NCBI GenBank assembly: GCA_951406725.2
Contig: OX597822.1
Coordinates: 18,972,001-19,036,000, forward strand
DNA from: Octopus vulgaris
Lineage: Eukaryota
Reading direction: 5' to 3'
Length of the DNA: 64,000 nucleotides
Positions 41,401 through 55,109 of the stretch are shown piece after piece; position 1 is the first letter of the stretch; the number at the start of each line of letters is the position of its first letter. The position numbers and the translations under genes are program-made. The notes under the pieces are model-generated. The model was not told the origin of the DNA. It worked only from the letters and a program-made list of their open reading frames with translations, and made no database searches.

Positions 41401-42170
41401 TTATATTGATCAGCTAATTTCATAATACTAATAATGATCAGCTAGTTTCATAATACTAATTGTGATCAGCTAGTTTCATAATACTAATAATGATCAGCTA
41501 GTGTCATAATACTAATAGTGATCAGCTAGTTTCATAATACTAATAATGATCAGCTAGTTTTTAATAGTTATAATGATCAGCTTGTTTCATAAATACTGAT
41601 AATGATCAGCTAGTTTTATAATACTAATAATGATCAGCTAGTTTCATAGTACTTATAGTGATCATCTAGTTTCATATTACTAATAATGATCAGCTAGTTT
41701 CATAATACTAATAATGATCAGCTAGTTTCATAATACTAATAATGATCAGCTAGTTTTATAATACTAATAATGATCAGCTAGTTTCATAGTACTTATAATG
41801 ATCATCTAGTTTCATATTACTAATAATGATCAGCTAATTTCATAATACTAATAATGATCAGCTAATTTCATAATACTAATAATGATCAGCTAGTTTCGTA
41901 ATACTAATAGTGATCAGCTAGTTTTATTATACTAATAATGATCAGCAATTTCTTAATACTAATAATGATCAGCTAGTTTCATAATACTAATAATGATCAG
42001 CTAGTTTCATAATACTTATAATGATCAGCTAGTTTCATAATACTAATAATGATCAGTTAGTTTCATAATACTAATAATGATCAGCTAGTGTCATAATACT
42101 AATAATGATCAGCTAGTTTCATAATACTAATAATGATCAGCTAGTTTCATAATACTAATAATGATCAGCT
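29419..42170. repeat. 28-bp satellite (consensus TACTAATAATGATCAGCTAGTTTCATAA), ~455 copies, with higher-order repeats
   Basis: Seen directly. Variant patterns recur at 252, 420, 530, ~1259 and 3833 bp spacing. Confidence 0.98.
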
Positions 42171-43329
42171 TGATATTTTATGGAAGAATATGTCTGATAC
42201 ATTTTTTATTTTTTTTTTTTTTACTTTATTATCATTTTTTGTTTTAAAACCACTAAAGTTATATCCTGATCTTTAATGGCTAGGTTGGAGATGAAAGCTT
42301 GTTGCTATGTTTTCTTTGTTCAGCCATTTAAACTAGTTCAGCTTTGTAGTTTTATTGGCCATCTTTAAGCATGTTATGCTTCTTAGAGTGGAAAAGAAAC
42401 TTAATAAATGATGTATGAAGTCATTCCTGAATAATTAATAGTTTGCATCAATTCCAAGATTTCACAAATAGTTTGAAAATTAAATTAGAAATAATTCTGA
42501 ATCTTGCTCCATATTAAAAGCTTAATTTTCAGCAAAGTGTAACCTCTGTAATGAAGTTGATACACCTATGTTTAATTAAACTGGTTATAGCTGTATTCCA
42601 ATAGAAGAGAATTCACTCAAAGAAGAAAGAAAAGAAGAGGAACTTTCCTAATTTTTCTCTTTTGTCTTTTAGTTCATTTTTTGTTTGTTTCTTTCTTTTT
42701 TAGGGTTTTTAAAATACCTTTTTAGTCAGGCATTACAGACACCTTGTTAAAGACCTCTTAAACTGGTAAGAGGGAGCAAGATATCCTCAAACCAGAAGCC
42801 TGGCCTGGGGTCTGCAATAGAGCTGACTCAGACTTTGACAATTCCTCCAACCAAACAGCTGCACTAGTGGTGTTTGGGTATAACAATAGGGAAATTTTGC
42901 TGCTATTTCTAGCAGGTTGATTGATCATATAGAGATATCTTTAAGAACTTGCTTTCTCTAAAATTAATGGAAATGATGGGAGGATTAGTCAAAATAGAAA
43001 TTGTAAAATTAAAATCATAAGTAATTGCTAGTTCAGTGGTTTTTAGATCCAAGGATAAGACAAGCACAAAAACCAAAAGCAACTAGGAGAAAGAAAATAT
43101 GAAAGTAGAAAGATCCTTTTGTCAAGTTTCTTTTAATAAAACGTTTTTCTTTGATGCTTATATAATGGGAGACAAGGTACACGATATTGGGTGAATATCA
43201 CCTTCTCCTATTAAATATTGTTCTTCATGTAGTTCAGGCTCCACCAGGTGAGGAAAGTAGTCTTTAAGTACAAATGCAATTTACAACTGGTTTATTTACA
43301 AGTTTCACAGAATAGGTGAAGTGTGTTGC

Positions 43330-43780
43330 TCTCAGCTGTGTGCATTTCATTGAATCTCCATTAATGCGGGCCCATTGCCTCTGGAGATACAGCATGCTGA
43401 CAGGACTAGCTTGGAGACCCAGCCAGATAAGTGTGCTCAGCAAGCACTCGTGGTGAAAAGAGAATGAATCTTTTTTTGTTGGGCCCTTATATCCAGTTTG
43501 CCATTGCAAGCCTCGTTGTGATCTCGCTCATGGCAAATGGATGCAGGTGAGGTCTTGCTCCAGTCTCGGAGATGGCAATGGCTGCCGTGAGACCTCATCC
43601 AATATGGAGCTGACTGCTTGTGCCACTACACTTATGACATCAGTGAACAGGGAATTATGAGATATAGGACAGCTGAGTATTTCTCAAGATCAAACTCTGC
43701 AAGTAGAACCCAAGCCAGGTGGTGTGTTCTGTTGTTAAATTACAAAAGTGGATAGAGCCTTCAGAATGGAAATAAGTCAG
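43330..43780 (-). mobile_element. Highly decayed RTE-type APE endonuclease fragment
   Basis: Frameshifted pieces loosely resemble RTE endonuclease motifs in the expected order, ending in a GDFN-like segment. Weak. Confidence 0.35.
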
Positions 43781-44057
43781 TAGTAAGTAGTGATATCAAA
43801 TTTTGCTGCTGGATGCGATATTTCAGGTGTAAGGAAGTACAAATGTGGGAGGTTAACTTCTGTACAAACACCCCACATAAAAATGTGAAATGTTCTGAAT
43901 TGCAAAGTCTGTCATTTTCTGTGAATTTGTAGGAATCAGGATGTTACCAAGGAGTGTATCTGAAACAATAAAGAAACACAAAGGTTTTTCTTTGTTTCTT
44001 TACTCAATGCGATGTTTGTGTTGACTAGTAACTTACTTTACTTAAGCCCTACACACC

Positions 44058-44360
44058 CTACAGAGCATTGGCCATCAACAACTTTCCTCTGTTGTTCTCA
44101 ATTCTGGGCTGTCTTTTCAACTTCTCTTCTATGAGATCCTTGCTTTTCTTTAAAGCTTCCTTTTTGATTGAGTTGCACTGCTTCATATATTTCCCTGAAG
44201 AAAGGCCTTTCTCTTTCAGGTCAAGTTGGTTTTGAATTATCATTGATGTTTCTGTAACTTTGGCTTTTTTTCTAGGTAGGGTTGTTGGCCCTATGCAAAC
44301 TTATTTTTACCTCTGAGAAGTAGTCCATATCAGCCTGACCTTTATCCTTTGGTCTGTGCA
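44058..44360 (-). mobile_element. Decayed LINE endonuclease-RT linker fragment
   Basis: KKAKVTETSMIIQNQ..KYMKQCNSIKKEALKKSKDLIEEK resembles RTE linker regions. Confidence 0.3.
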
Positions 44361-46164
44361 GCATGGGATGCACTACTATGAGCTTGCACTCCACAGGTAT
44401 AGTGCTCTGGGCCACTGAGGCACAGAAGCCACCACACCACATCAAGGAGTACACCTTGAATGATAAAAGGACTATCAAGGTTAGCATGGTTAGTGAAGTG
44501 AAGTTAAATAAAGATAAGAAGAGTAGCTGGTTTACCAGATATAGTAGTTGAAGACCTCAAGATAGGTGTCATATGTTATCAGATAAAACCTTTGTTGGTG
44601 GCTTGCTACATTTAATAGTGTGAAAAACAGTTTCATTATTAGCTATTTCAAGAGCAAAGAAATATCACTGGAATGGAATAATTCTAAAAATCTCAAATTG
44701 ATGAAGCATGAGTTAGAAATGGCTGACAGTGTTTAAACAAAGCCAATTCTAGGTAAGATGTAGTTGGGTTTCATGCCAGGACTTGAAACCTGAGATGCCA
44801 TATTTCTCAGGAGACAACGTTAAGGGATATTCTTGAGTAATAATCAATTACTTTACTAAGGCTTTTGTGATCTAAAGTGGCCTTTAAGAGATTCCTCTGT
44901 CCTTTTCCTCTTCTTTCACTCTCTCACTTTTTGTTACTTTCTCTTACTCTCTTTGGGTGGATACTAACAGGACTTGGCATAGATAAATGACAGGTAAGCC
45001 ATGATGACTTGTTGGCAACAAATTTATTGAAATATTTAGAGAAATGAGGCAAATATAATTCATTGGACATAAAATATGAGCCTGCATGAAAAGATTGGCT
45101 GCTTTACATATTTGATGAGTGCTTACTGCTGATACAGTACAAAATGACCTCTATGAACACATGGAGTAGAAATTAGATGATTGCCTTTCTAAGCAAATCT
45201 GATTACTCTACTAAAACTTTTAGTCATTTAATTATTAATTTATTTTAATAGGCTAATTACTAAATGCAGTTTGTGGATTATATAAATTGCCATATCTAAA
45301 GGGCTAGTATTCAAATTAATATTTGCATCCCTGTTTTCTATTGGACAAATCTTGTGTAAATGTGTTATAGATTAAAACAGGTTAACGCATGAGCTGAAAG
45401 GAAAAAGTTCAAAAGAGGCGAAAATTGAATTATATTAGATGTGTTTGAAAATTGGAAACTAAATTATTGCGATTTGTTTGGATTTTTTCTATTTTTCAAT
45501 ATAATTTTTTCTTTATATGATGCAAAAATAGTAAAAAAGAATTGTCTGTGTCATCATCTCACCTGAGCCCATCCATATTTGAGTCTCCATTTTTAAATTA
45601 AAATATAAATCATAACTTTATTAAAGCAGGGAAAATATTGCAAGAATTAAACAAATATTAATACATGGGGTGTAGTTAAGAAACTTGCTTTGTAACTACA
45701 AGTTCAGTCACACGGCATGGAACTTTGGGACAACTGTTTTCTACTATAGCCCCAATACTTTGTGAGTGAAGTTGGTAGACAGAAACTGTATATAAATGTG
45801 TGTGTGTGCTTATCCCTGCTTAAATGTTGTCCAGTGACTGAAACATGTTGAAGATAGGAGACATGTAAGTGGATCTTTTAGCTGCTAGAAGTGTGTCTGG
45901 TTCCAAGCTAGGTTAAACCTTCTCACTGATGCATGATGACCCTCTTCCAGAAAAAAAAAAATTTCATTTTCATCCACCTGTCATTAAGAAGTCTGCTTTG
46001 CAACCACGTTGTTCTGAGTTCAATCCTAATACACAACACCTTGTGCCAGTGTTTTCTGCTGTAGCTTCTGACTCACCCAATAGTATGAAACTGAAATTTG
46101 GTAGATGGAAACTCAAAGCCAGCTCATGTATACACACACACACACACACACACATTTCAATGAA

Positions 46165-46870
46165 TCAATTGTTAGTATCAATGGCTGTTTCAGTACATGT
46201 TCAAAAGAACTGACATGCCCAAACCAGATGATCTTTATAGATTTTGGACATAGTGCTGCTTTTCACAGGCTTGAGAGATTGTGTGGTGTTATGAGAGTGT
46301 TGATTGACCTCTCTCTTGACTATACCCCATACATAATAGTCCAGTAGATTGAGGTCTGATGAGTTAGGGGTCCATGTGTCTGGGAGAACATGATCATGGA
46401 CAGTGGCATGCATCCATGCTTGGGTTGTCCTAGCCTTATGAGACAGTACAGAGTCTAGTTGGATGACATTGTTTTCTCACAACTTTCTCTAACACCTGAG
46501 TAGACAGTAGCATTGACTCTTAAGCCCTGTTAAAGAAATAAGGAGGCAGGACATCTCTCACATTGCTGATTACCCTAAGAACCAATACAATTGCTAGGAA
46601 CTTAGTATGCATGGTCATTGGAACCTCATTCCTGCCTCTGCATAACCATTTGTTGTCCCTTCAGTTTATCTTTTGGTCCTGGAACATTTCCATCAGAAGT
46701 GTCTGAGATACATTCTGAATGTTGGTTGGTCCTTGCAGACTCCTGACACAGAAGTCTTGAAGGGAGTGAACATGATAAGCATTGAGGCAATGCAAGTGCA
46801 CCAGTTGTCATTGGAATAAATGTGAATTTATATAATATAGAAGGAGCCGGAGCTTTTGAAGCAGTTGTCC
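46165..46870 (-). mobile_element. Decayed Tc1/mariner (maT/DD37D-like) transposase
   Basis: WTPNSSDLNLLDYYVWGIVKREVN matches the WPPNSPDLNPLDYYVWG motif; upstream TKFLAIVLVLRVISN-like segment. Confidence 0.7.
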
Positions 46871-47164
46871 ATAATTAAGCTCTTTCTCTTTGATTTTTCA
46901 AGAGATATTCACATCAGCATCAGCATACTGACAGTACATACTGTTTCTTGTCTGTCCCAAACAACAATATTCAGCCTGTTATGTTTTGCACTTGGTACAA
47001 ATTTTGTGTTGTTGTTTACATATGTATTTAATAACAGAGGGCATCTCTATATTAATCCCAAGACAGTTCTCTTTTTAGATGGTATTGTATATTGTGTTAG
47101 TGATGACAGTATAGGGAGGTAGTACTTTGATGACGTTCAAAGCTTGCCTGCACCAATCTCATAT

Positions 47165-49735
47165 GTATCATCATCATCAACAACACCCATTGTCCATGCT
47201 GGCATAGGTTGGATGGTTTGACCAGAGCCATTAGGCTGAGGGACTGCAAAGACTCAAGTCTGATTTGGTATGGTTTCTATGGCTGGATGCCATTCCTAAC
47301 ACCAATCACTCTGAGAATGTAATGGGTGCTTTTACATGGCACCAGTTGAATGACACCAGTATCTGCCATGACTACAATTTCACTTGGCTTGAAGTGTCTT
47401 TTATTCAAGCACAGTATAAGTCTGTCTGTCCACTGAAGGGTCTGTCAAATGTCATTGCCTGCATGAGGCCCTATGCTCAAAAGCTGCTTTTATGTATCAC
47501 TGGTTCAAGGGGCTAGTTATGCGACACCAGCGTCAGCCACATTGCTTCCATGAGGCCCTACACTCAAAAGATACTAGCTACTTGACATCAGCATTGGCTA
47601 CATTACCTCCATGTGGAACTATGCTCAAAAGGTCCTAGTTATGCGACACTGGCATCATCCACATTGCCTCCGTGAGGCCCAATGCTTGAAAGGTGCTTTT
47701 TATGTACCACAGGTGCTAGTTTCATGACACTGGTATGAGTCATGACTATGATCTCACTTGGCTTGATGGGTCTTCTCAAGCATGGCATATTGCCAAAGGT
47801 CTCGGTCACTAGTCATTGCCTCCATGGAGCCCAACATTCAAAGATCATGCTTCACCACCTCATCCCATGTTTTCCTAGGTCTTCCACAAGTTTCCTCCAG
47901 AGTTAGGGATTGGCACTTCTTTACTCAGCTCTCCTTGTTCATATGCATCACATCTCTCTTGCACACTACATCTGATGCCTCTTATGCCCACCTTTTCTCT
48001 CAAGACGCTTCTACTCTGTTGAACATGTACACTGACATTGCACATCCAACGAAGCATACTAGCTTCATTTTTTCAAGCCTATGTATGTCCTCAGCTGTCA
48101 CAGCCCATGTTTCACTGCTGTGCAGCATAGCTGTTTGCACACAGGCATCATACAATCTGCCTTTCACTCTGAGCGAGAGGTCCTTTCTTGCTAACAGAGG
48201 TAGGAGCACTCTGAACTTTACCCAGTCTATTCTTATTCTTGCAGCTACACTCTCGGAGAATCCAACTCCACTACTAACTTGGTCACCTAAATAATGGAAG
48301 CTATCTCCCACTTCTAGCCTACCCCTTGACAGTTGATGGAGTCTATTTTCTGTACACTTTTAGTGTTTGTTATACCTGTGCACCTTTTACATATAAAAAG
48401 TACTTTCCCAGTTACTCTGATATTGCTGCACCTTTTATGTGTCCATAGTTCACACTGGGTACATCTTATGGGATTTCTACCAACATCTTTCCTACAGATT
48501 GAGCAGGGCCATTAACCTAAAGGCATTTGTGATTTGTCTGCTTTCCTACTTACTAAAGCTTTGCTTTTTGCTAGGTTAACTCTAAGGCCTTTCAATTCTT
48601 GACTTTGCTTCCATACCTGTAATATCTTCTCTAGTTCTGGTAGTGATTCAGCTATAAGAACAAGGTCATCAGCATAGAGAAGTTCCCAGGGGCAACTCAT
48701 CTTAAATTCCTCTGTTATTGCCTGGAGGACTATGAAGAACAGGAGGATAATGAGGACTGATCCTTGATGAAACCCTACTTGTAACATGAATTCATTGCTA
48801 TACTCATTGCTAACTCTCACCTTACTGACTGCACCCCTGTACATGGTTTGTACAGTTCTCTCCAGCCACTTATCTATCCCTAGTTTCCACATTGATCACC
48901 AGATAAGGGAGCAGGGGACCCTGTTAAAGTCTTTCTCCATGTCAATAAAAGCTACGAACAAAGATTTATCTTTGGCCAGGTACTTCTCCTACCGTTGCCT
49001 TACCAGAAATATAGCATCAGTGGTGCTTCTTCCTGGCACAATACCAAATTGCTTCTCATCTAGACTAACTCTCTCCCTAATTAGTTGGGTTATGACCCAC
49101 TCCATAGCTTTCATAACCTGATCCAACAATCTGATGCCTCTGTAATTACTTCTAAGGCATCACATTTACCTTTATAGTAGTTGACTATGGTGCTGCTGCA
49201 CCAGTCATTGGGTATTCTTCCTTCGTGTACCACCTGATAACTAGACCATAACCCACACAGCCAGATATTTTAAGCATCTCAGCGGTTATTTATAATGAGC
49301 CCAGGAGCTTTCCTCGTCTTCATATCCTTCGTGGCTTTGTCTACAATGCAACTGTTTATTTGGATTGCTGGTCCCTCTGATGGATCAACATTAATGTTGA
49401 CTCTCCTTCGCCAATGAATTCTCTACATTTAGGAGCCTTTTATAGTGGCACTTCCAAACCTCTTTCTTTGTAGAGTCACTAACTGCAAGGGAACCATCAT
49501 CCATTTGAACACACTTCTCTCACACAACATCACAATTTTCCCTGGCACACTGTCTTGCAAACTGAAACACTTCCAGCTGCTGATCCTCATGCTGCAGAAC
49601 ATTAGCAAACTTCTTTCTTTCTACTTCACCCCTGGCTAAGTATACCTCTTCCTAGGTTCCCTTCTAGCTGCCTAATATAGCTCCTTGCTACCACCACCTT
49701 TCAATCCTTCAAAGCCTGTTTCTTTGCTCTAATGC
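47165..49735 (-). mobile_element. RTE-clade LINE, 5'-truncated, decayed
   Basis: RT motifs GFHQGSVL, ELLYADDLVL, LRVNLAKSK, FHYLGDQV, MLHSSETWA, MLRWMC; (CAT)n tail at ~47167. Confidence 0.9.
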
Positions 49736-49740
49736 CCTTA

Positions 49741-49789
<49 letters not shown>

Positions 49790-49797
49790 GTGACATT

Positions 49798-50007
49798 AAA
49801 AATGTGACCATGTGTGTATCATTGGCGATTTTCTTTCTCTGTCTTCCAGTCCTTGGATCTTTCCTTTTCCTATGTTTTTGATGAAGAGCTCCGCTCAAAA
49901 CGTTAAATCATCCTTCTTTCTTTCCTCTCCTGAGCACCCAATAACACTATACTTGTTCCACGTCCTTGCATTGTTGTGTTTTCTCTTTGTTCATGTTTAG
50001 ATTAACT
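49798..50007 (+). mobile_element. Short HHR-bearing repeat (family of 11373-11580), HHR decayed at 49874-49908
   Basis: Reverse complement of the 11373 copy; GUUU-UUGAUGA-A-GAGC-UCC-GCUC-AAAA-CG-UU-AAAU. Flanked by TA. Confidence 0.7.
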
Positions 50008-50011
50008 ATAT

Positions 50012-52810
50012 ATCATCATCATCATCATCGTTTAACGTCCGCTTTCCATGCTAGCAAGGGTTGAATGATTGACTGAGGGCTGGTGAAGCAGATGGCTGCA
50101 CCAGGTTCAATCTTGATCTGGCAGACTTTCTACAGCTGGATGCCCTTCCTAACGCCAACCACTCCAAGAGTGTAGTGGGTACTTTTTACGTGCCACCAGC
50201 ACGGGCCCAGTCAGGCGGTACTGGCAATGACCTTGCTCAAATCTGTTACATATGTCACTGGCACAGGTGCCAGTAAAGCGATGCTGGTAACAATCACGGA
50301 TGCCAGATAGCCGCTCTGGCAATGATCACGTTCGGATTGTGCTCTTAATATCCTACTAGCACGGAGCTCGAGTGCCAGTAAGGCAATGCTGGTAACGATC
50401 ACACTCAAATGGTGCCTTTTAAATGCCACTGGCATGAAAGCCGGTCAGCCGCTCTGTCAATGATCACACTCGTATGGTGTTCTTTGCACCCTGCCAGCAC
50501 GGACGCCTGTCATCGAATTTGATTTTACTTGCCTCAACAGGTCTTCGCAAGCAGAATTTTAGTGTCCAAAGAAGAAAAGGGTATGCATAAGTGGACTGGT
50601 TACACCCCTGGCATAAGCCACAAGATTATGGTCTCATTTGGCTTGCCAGGTCTTCTACCGCACGGCATATTTCCAAAAGTCTCGGTTACTAATCATTTCC
50701 TTAATGAGACCTAAAGTTCGAAGGCCGTGCTTCACCACTTCATCCCAGGTCTTCCTAGGTCTACCTCTTCCACAGGTTCCCTCAATCGCTAGCGTGTGGA
50801 ACTTTTTCACACAGCTGTCCTCATCCATTCTCGCCTCATGACCATACCAGCGCAGTCGTCTCTCTTGCACACCACATCTGATGCTTCTTAAGTCCAATAT
50901 TTCTCTTAAGGTACTTACACTGTCAAGTATGCACACTGACATTACACATCTATTGGATCATACTGGCTTCATTCCTTGCGAGCTTACGCATATCCTCAGT
51001 AGTCACAGCCCATGTTTCACTGCCATGTAGTATGGCTGTTTGTACACATGCATCATACAGTCTACCTTTTACTCTGAGCGAGAGGCCCTTTGTCACCAGC
51101 AGAGGTAAGAGCTCTCCGAACTTTGCCCAAGCTATTCTTACTCTAGCAGCTACACTTTCAGTGCACCCTCCCCCGCTACTGACTTGCTCAGCTAAGCAAT
51201 GGCAGCTATCAAGTACTTCTAGTTTTCCTCCCTGGAATGTGGCAGAAGTTGGTCTCAGAGCATTTTCAGTGTTTATTGCATCCGAGCATCTGCCACATAC
51301 AAAAACTATCTTCCCTGTTAGCCTTCCTTTGATATTACTGCACCTCTTATGTGTCCATAGCTTACACTGGGTACATCTTATAGAGTTTCTACCTACTCCT
51401 CTACTACAGATCAAGCAGGGCCATCAACCTGAAGGGATTTGTGGTTTGCCTGCCTTCCTACATATTAGGGCTTTGGTTTTAGCTAGGTTGACTCTAAGGC
51501 CCTTCGATTCTAATCCTTGTTTCCACACCTGAAACTTCTCCTCTAGTTCTGATAGTGACTCAGCAATTAGAGCAAGGTCATCAGCATAGAGGAGCTCCCA
51601 GGGACATCCTGTCTTGAATTCCTCCATTATTGCCTGGAGGACTATGATAAATAGGAGGGGGCTGAGGACTGAACCCTGGTGGACCCCTACCTCTACCCTG
51701 AATTCTTCAGTGTACTCGTTGCCAACCCTCACCTTACTGATAGCGTCAGTACATGGCTTGCACATCTCTCACTAACCTATTTCTAGTTTCTTCAATGACC
51801 ACCAGATAAGGGATCGGGGCACCCTGTCAAAGGCTTTCTCCATGTCAACCCTCACCTTACTGATAGCGTCAATACATGGCTTGCACAGCTCTCACTAACC
51901 TATTTCTAGTTTCCTCAATGACCACCAGATAAGGGATCGGGGCACCCTGTCAAAGGCTTTCTCCATGTCAACAAAAGCCAGGTACAGGGGCTTATCTTTG
52001 GCTAGGTATTTCTCCTGCAGCTGTCTTACCAGGAATATAGCATCAGTGGTGCTTTTCCCTGGCATGAAACCAAACTGGAGCTCATCCAAACTGACTCTCT
52101 CCCTAATTAGTTGGGCTATGACCCTCTCCGTGACCTTCATTACCTGATCCAACAGCTTGATACCTCTGTAATTATTTGTATCTAAAGTGTCACCTTTACC
52201 TTTGTAGCAGCTGACTATTATGCTGCTACACCAGTCATTGTGTATGACTCCTTCGTGTATTACCTGGTTAACTATACAGGTGACTAGGCTATAGCCGACA
52301 CTGCCAGATATTTTGAGCATCTCTGCAGTAATTCCTGATGGGCCGGGAGCTTTCCCTGTCTTCATACTCTTAATTGCTTTATCTACCAAAGTACTGTCAA
52401 CTCAGATAGCTGGTTCCTCTGTTGGGTCGACGTTCGGTAGACTCTCTTTCTCCCATTCATTTTCTTTATTCAGCAACCTTTCATAGTGGCGTCTCCAAAC
52501 CTCTCTCTTTGCAGCCTCATTTAGCACAAGTGAGCCATCATCAATGCAAACACATTTCTCTCCTAGAACATCACGATTCTCTCTCACACACTGCCTTGCA
52601 ACACAAAATACCTCAAGTCTTTGGTCCTCACGGTGCAGAACATTGGCAAATATTTTTCTTATCTGCTTCCCCTCTGGCTAAATAAACCTGCCTCCTAGCT
52701 TCCCTTCTAGCAGTCTGATACAGTTCCCTGCTATCACCGTTCTTCCAGTCCTTCCAAACCTGTTTCTTTTCTCTAATAGCCCTGTCAACAACATTGTTCC
52801 ACCACCTGGC
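50012..52810 (-). mobile_element. RTE-clade LINE, 5'-truncated, better preserved, with an internal 123-bp tandem duplication
   Basis: GKAPGPSGI, NYRGIKLL, QFGFMPGKSTTDAIF, FVDMEKAFDRV, GVHQGSVLSPLLF, LLYADD, RLRWYGH, GRGRPRKTW; (CAT)n tail. 51723-51845 is repeated from 51846. Confidence 0.93.
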
Positions 52811-53464
52811 TTTTGTTGACATGGAGAAAGCCTTTGACAGGGTGCCCCGATCCCTTATTTTGGGTCAAGAGGGGACAGATGATGATGATAACACAGGATG
52901 TGTGGTTGTGTGTCATTAAAACTCAAGATCCACCCAACCGATTTTAATGAAATTTTGCACATGCATTACATATGGTTGATGGAGTGTCATGAGTCAAAAA
53001 CATTTTCAGCTTCTTACCTGATGCGGGCCCAGGGGCAGATAAACCAGATTTTTAAAGCATTTTCACAGCCGTATCTTGAAGATTATCCACTTGCTTTCCT
53101 CTAAAAAAATTTCCATCACTGACTATGTGCCTCCCCAAATGCAGATTAATCAGATTTGAGTATACTGCCCTGGGTTTTATCTTTGTTTTAGGCCATTTTC
53201 CAACAATAAAATATTGACACTACTTATTCATTATAAGTAGCTTATAATATTTCATGAAAAGCTTTTTGTCCAATTTTGGCAGAAGGAAATAAGAAGAACA
53301 TTGAAATTTTTGTCTGTGCCCTGTTGATGCTTCATGTTACCATTCCGCTCACCACTGGACCATGTGTGTGTGTGTGTGCATGGTTGGGTAATGGCACAAC
53401 AAACCCATTCATCCATTCTCCAGAAGTGCCCTGTTGATGTTTCACGTTTCTTGTGCAATGCATA

Positions 53465-54724
53465 CGAGAGGCGTTCAATAAGTAATGCCTCTGACCCACT
53501 TGCCTTTGTTTGATCTAGCTGAAATTATGCATGTGCAATTATTGATATCTCTATAGATTAAGTGGCAAATTACAGCTCCGAACTAATTGTGGTTTCTGAT
53601 TTACAGGTGTTTGAAATGAGTCAAGTGGGAAATGGAGCATGTTGAGTGTCGAGCAGTGATCCGGTTTTTGTATTTGAAATGACGCACACCACAGGAGACT
53701 TGCCCCATCATATGACCTTGTAAAACGCTGGCATCGTGAATTCAAACATGGTCGGAACTCTGTGGAAACAGCTCCCAGATCTGGTCGCACCCCTTCTGCC
53801 ATTGATGAGGCATCTGTCCGTCAAGTTGAGGCTGCCATTTTGGAAGATCGACGCATAACTATTCACCAAATAGCCCATGAGGTCAAGATTAGTACCGGGT
53901 CTGTGGAAACTATCATTCATGACCATTTGCATATGCAAAAGGTGTCTGCCAGATGGATTTCCAGGTTGCTCACACTTTTCCAGAAGCAAGAACGCAAGAA
54001 TTCCAGAAGCAAGAATTTAGGGATGTGCCAAGAAGATGAGTCAAAATTTTTCAAAAGACTGATTACACAGGATGAGACCTGGGTCCATCACTATGATGCA
54101 GAGACCAAAGCTCAGTCAATGCAGTGGAAGCACCATGACTCACCTCCTCCAAAGAAGGCAAGGGTGCAGCCCTTCGCTGGCAAGGTCATGCTCACAGTCT
54201 TCTGGGACCAGGACGGAGTAGTGATGACAGATTTCCTGGCAAAGGGTACCACAATTACAGGAGCCTATCATGTTTCACTTTTGTGGAAATTAAGAGAAGC
54301 TATTGAAACCAAGAGGCGGGGCAAGATCAGCAAAGGCATCCTCCTCCTGCAGGACAACGCTCCGGTCCACAACTCGCGTGTCGCCAGATCAGAAGCACAG
54401 GCATGCGGCTATGAACTCTTCCCCCATCCCCCTACTCTCCTGACCTTGCACCCTCTGATTTTCACCTCTTCCCAGCCATGAAGTTGTTTTTGAAAGGAAA
54501 GCGTTTCCCAGATGATGCAGCCTTGATTTCTGAAGTCACGTCGTGGTTGGAGGACCAAGCTGGGGTCTTCTACGAAAACGGTCTCCAGAACTGCATCAAA
54601 CGATGGGAGAAATGTGTACCTCTGGGTTGTTCCTATGTAGAAAAAGACTAATACTTGTGCCAAGTTTCGTTGCTCTACTGCTATGGGAAGTGGGTCAGGG
54701 GCATTACTTATTGAACGCCCCTCG
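53465..54724 (+). mobile_element. Near-full-length mariner transposon (1260 bp) with 37-bp TIRs and TA target duplication
   Basis: TA|cgagaggcgttcaataagtaatgcctctgacccactt ... aagtgggtcaggggcattacttattgaacgcccctcg|TA; two mismatches between the TIRs. Confidence 0.95.
53632..54651 (+). pseudogene. Mariner (DD34D) transposase, disrupted
   Basis: MEHVECRAVIRF.., PRSGR, WISRLL, ITQDETWVHHY, LLQDNAPVH, and YSPDLAPSDFHLF in a shifted frame. Early stop/deletion near 53680-53700 and frameshift near 54427. Confidence 0.92.
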
Positions 54725-55109
54725 TATGCTGCAGCTGTATGTCTGCTTTCTATGTTATCCATTAATGCAAAATGTTCATACAAAAAAATAAACTACTGTT
54801 GTAACTCAGCCATTTGAGTTTGACCATGTGACCACTTCCGGACGCTACACTCGCCACCTGCAATTAGTCCCTGCCCCTCTGTCCCTCCCCCCCAGTCGTT
54901 TGAGTAAATAGAGAGTGTCCTAAAATTAATGATGATTTGAGTGAAATCGGATGCATTTTTTTTAAAACTCACTTTTTACATGTTTAATATGTGTATAAAC
55001 TTTGAATTTTGTTTCTAATTTTATTTTCATTCCTGTTGAACCCCTTCTATTTGCCCATGATAGCTTTTTTTCCAATTTGGCAGCAATCATTTTCTTTACT
55101 TCCATCCCC

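Noticed and set aside
29419-42170. CRISPR array or coding tandem repeat
   Set aside because: The 28-bp units are contiguous with no unique spacers, there are no cas genes, the context is eukaryotic, and no ORF is called in the region.
53762-54481. Active or domesticated (SETMAR-like) transposase gene
   Set aside because: The N-terminus is broken, the third catalytic Asp is out of frame, there is no SET domain, and the TIRs remain. It is an ordinary dead mariner.
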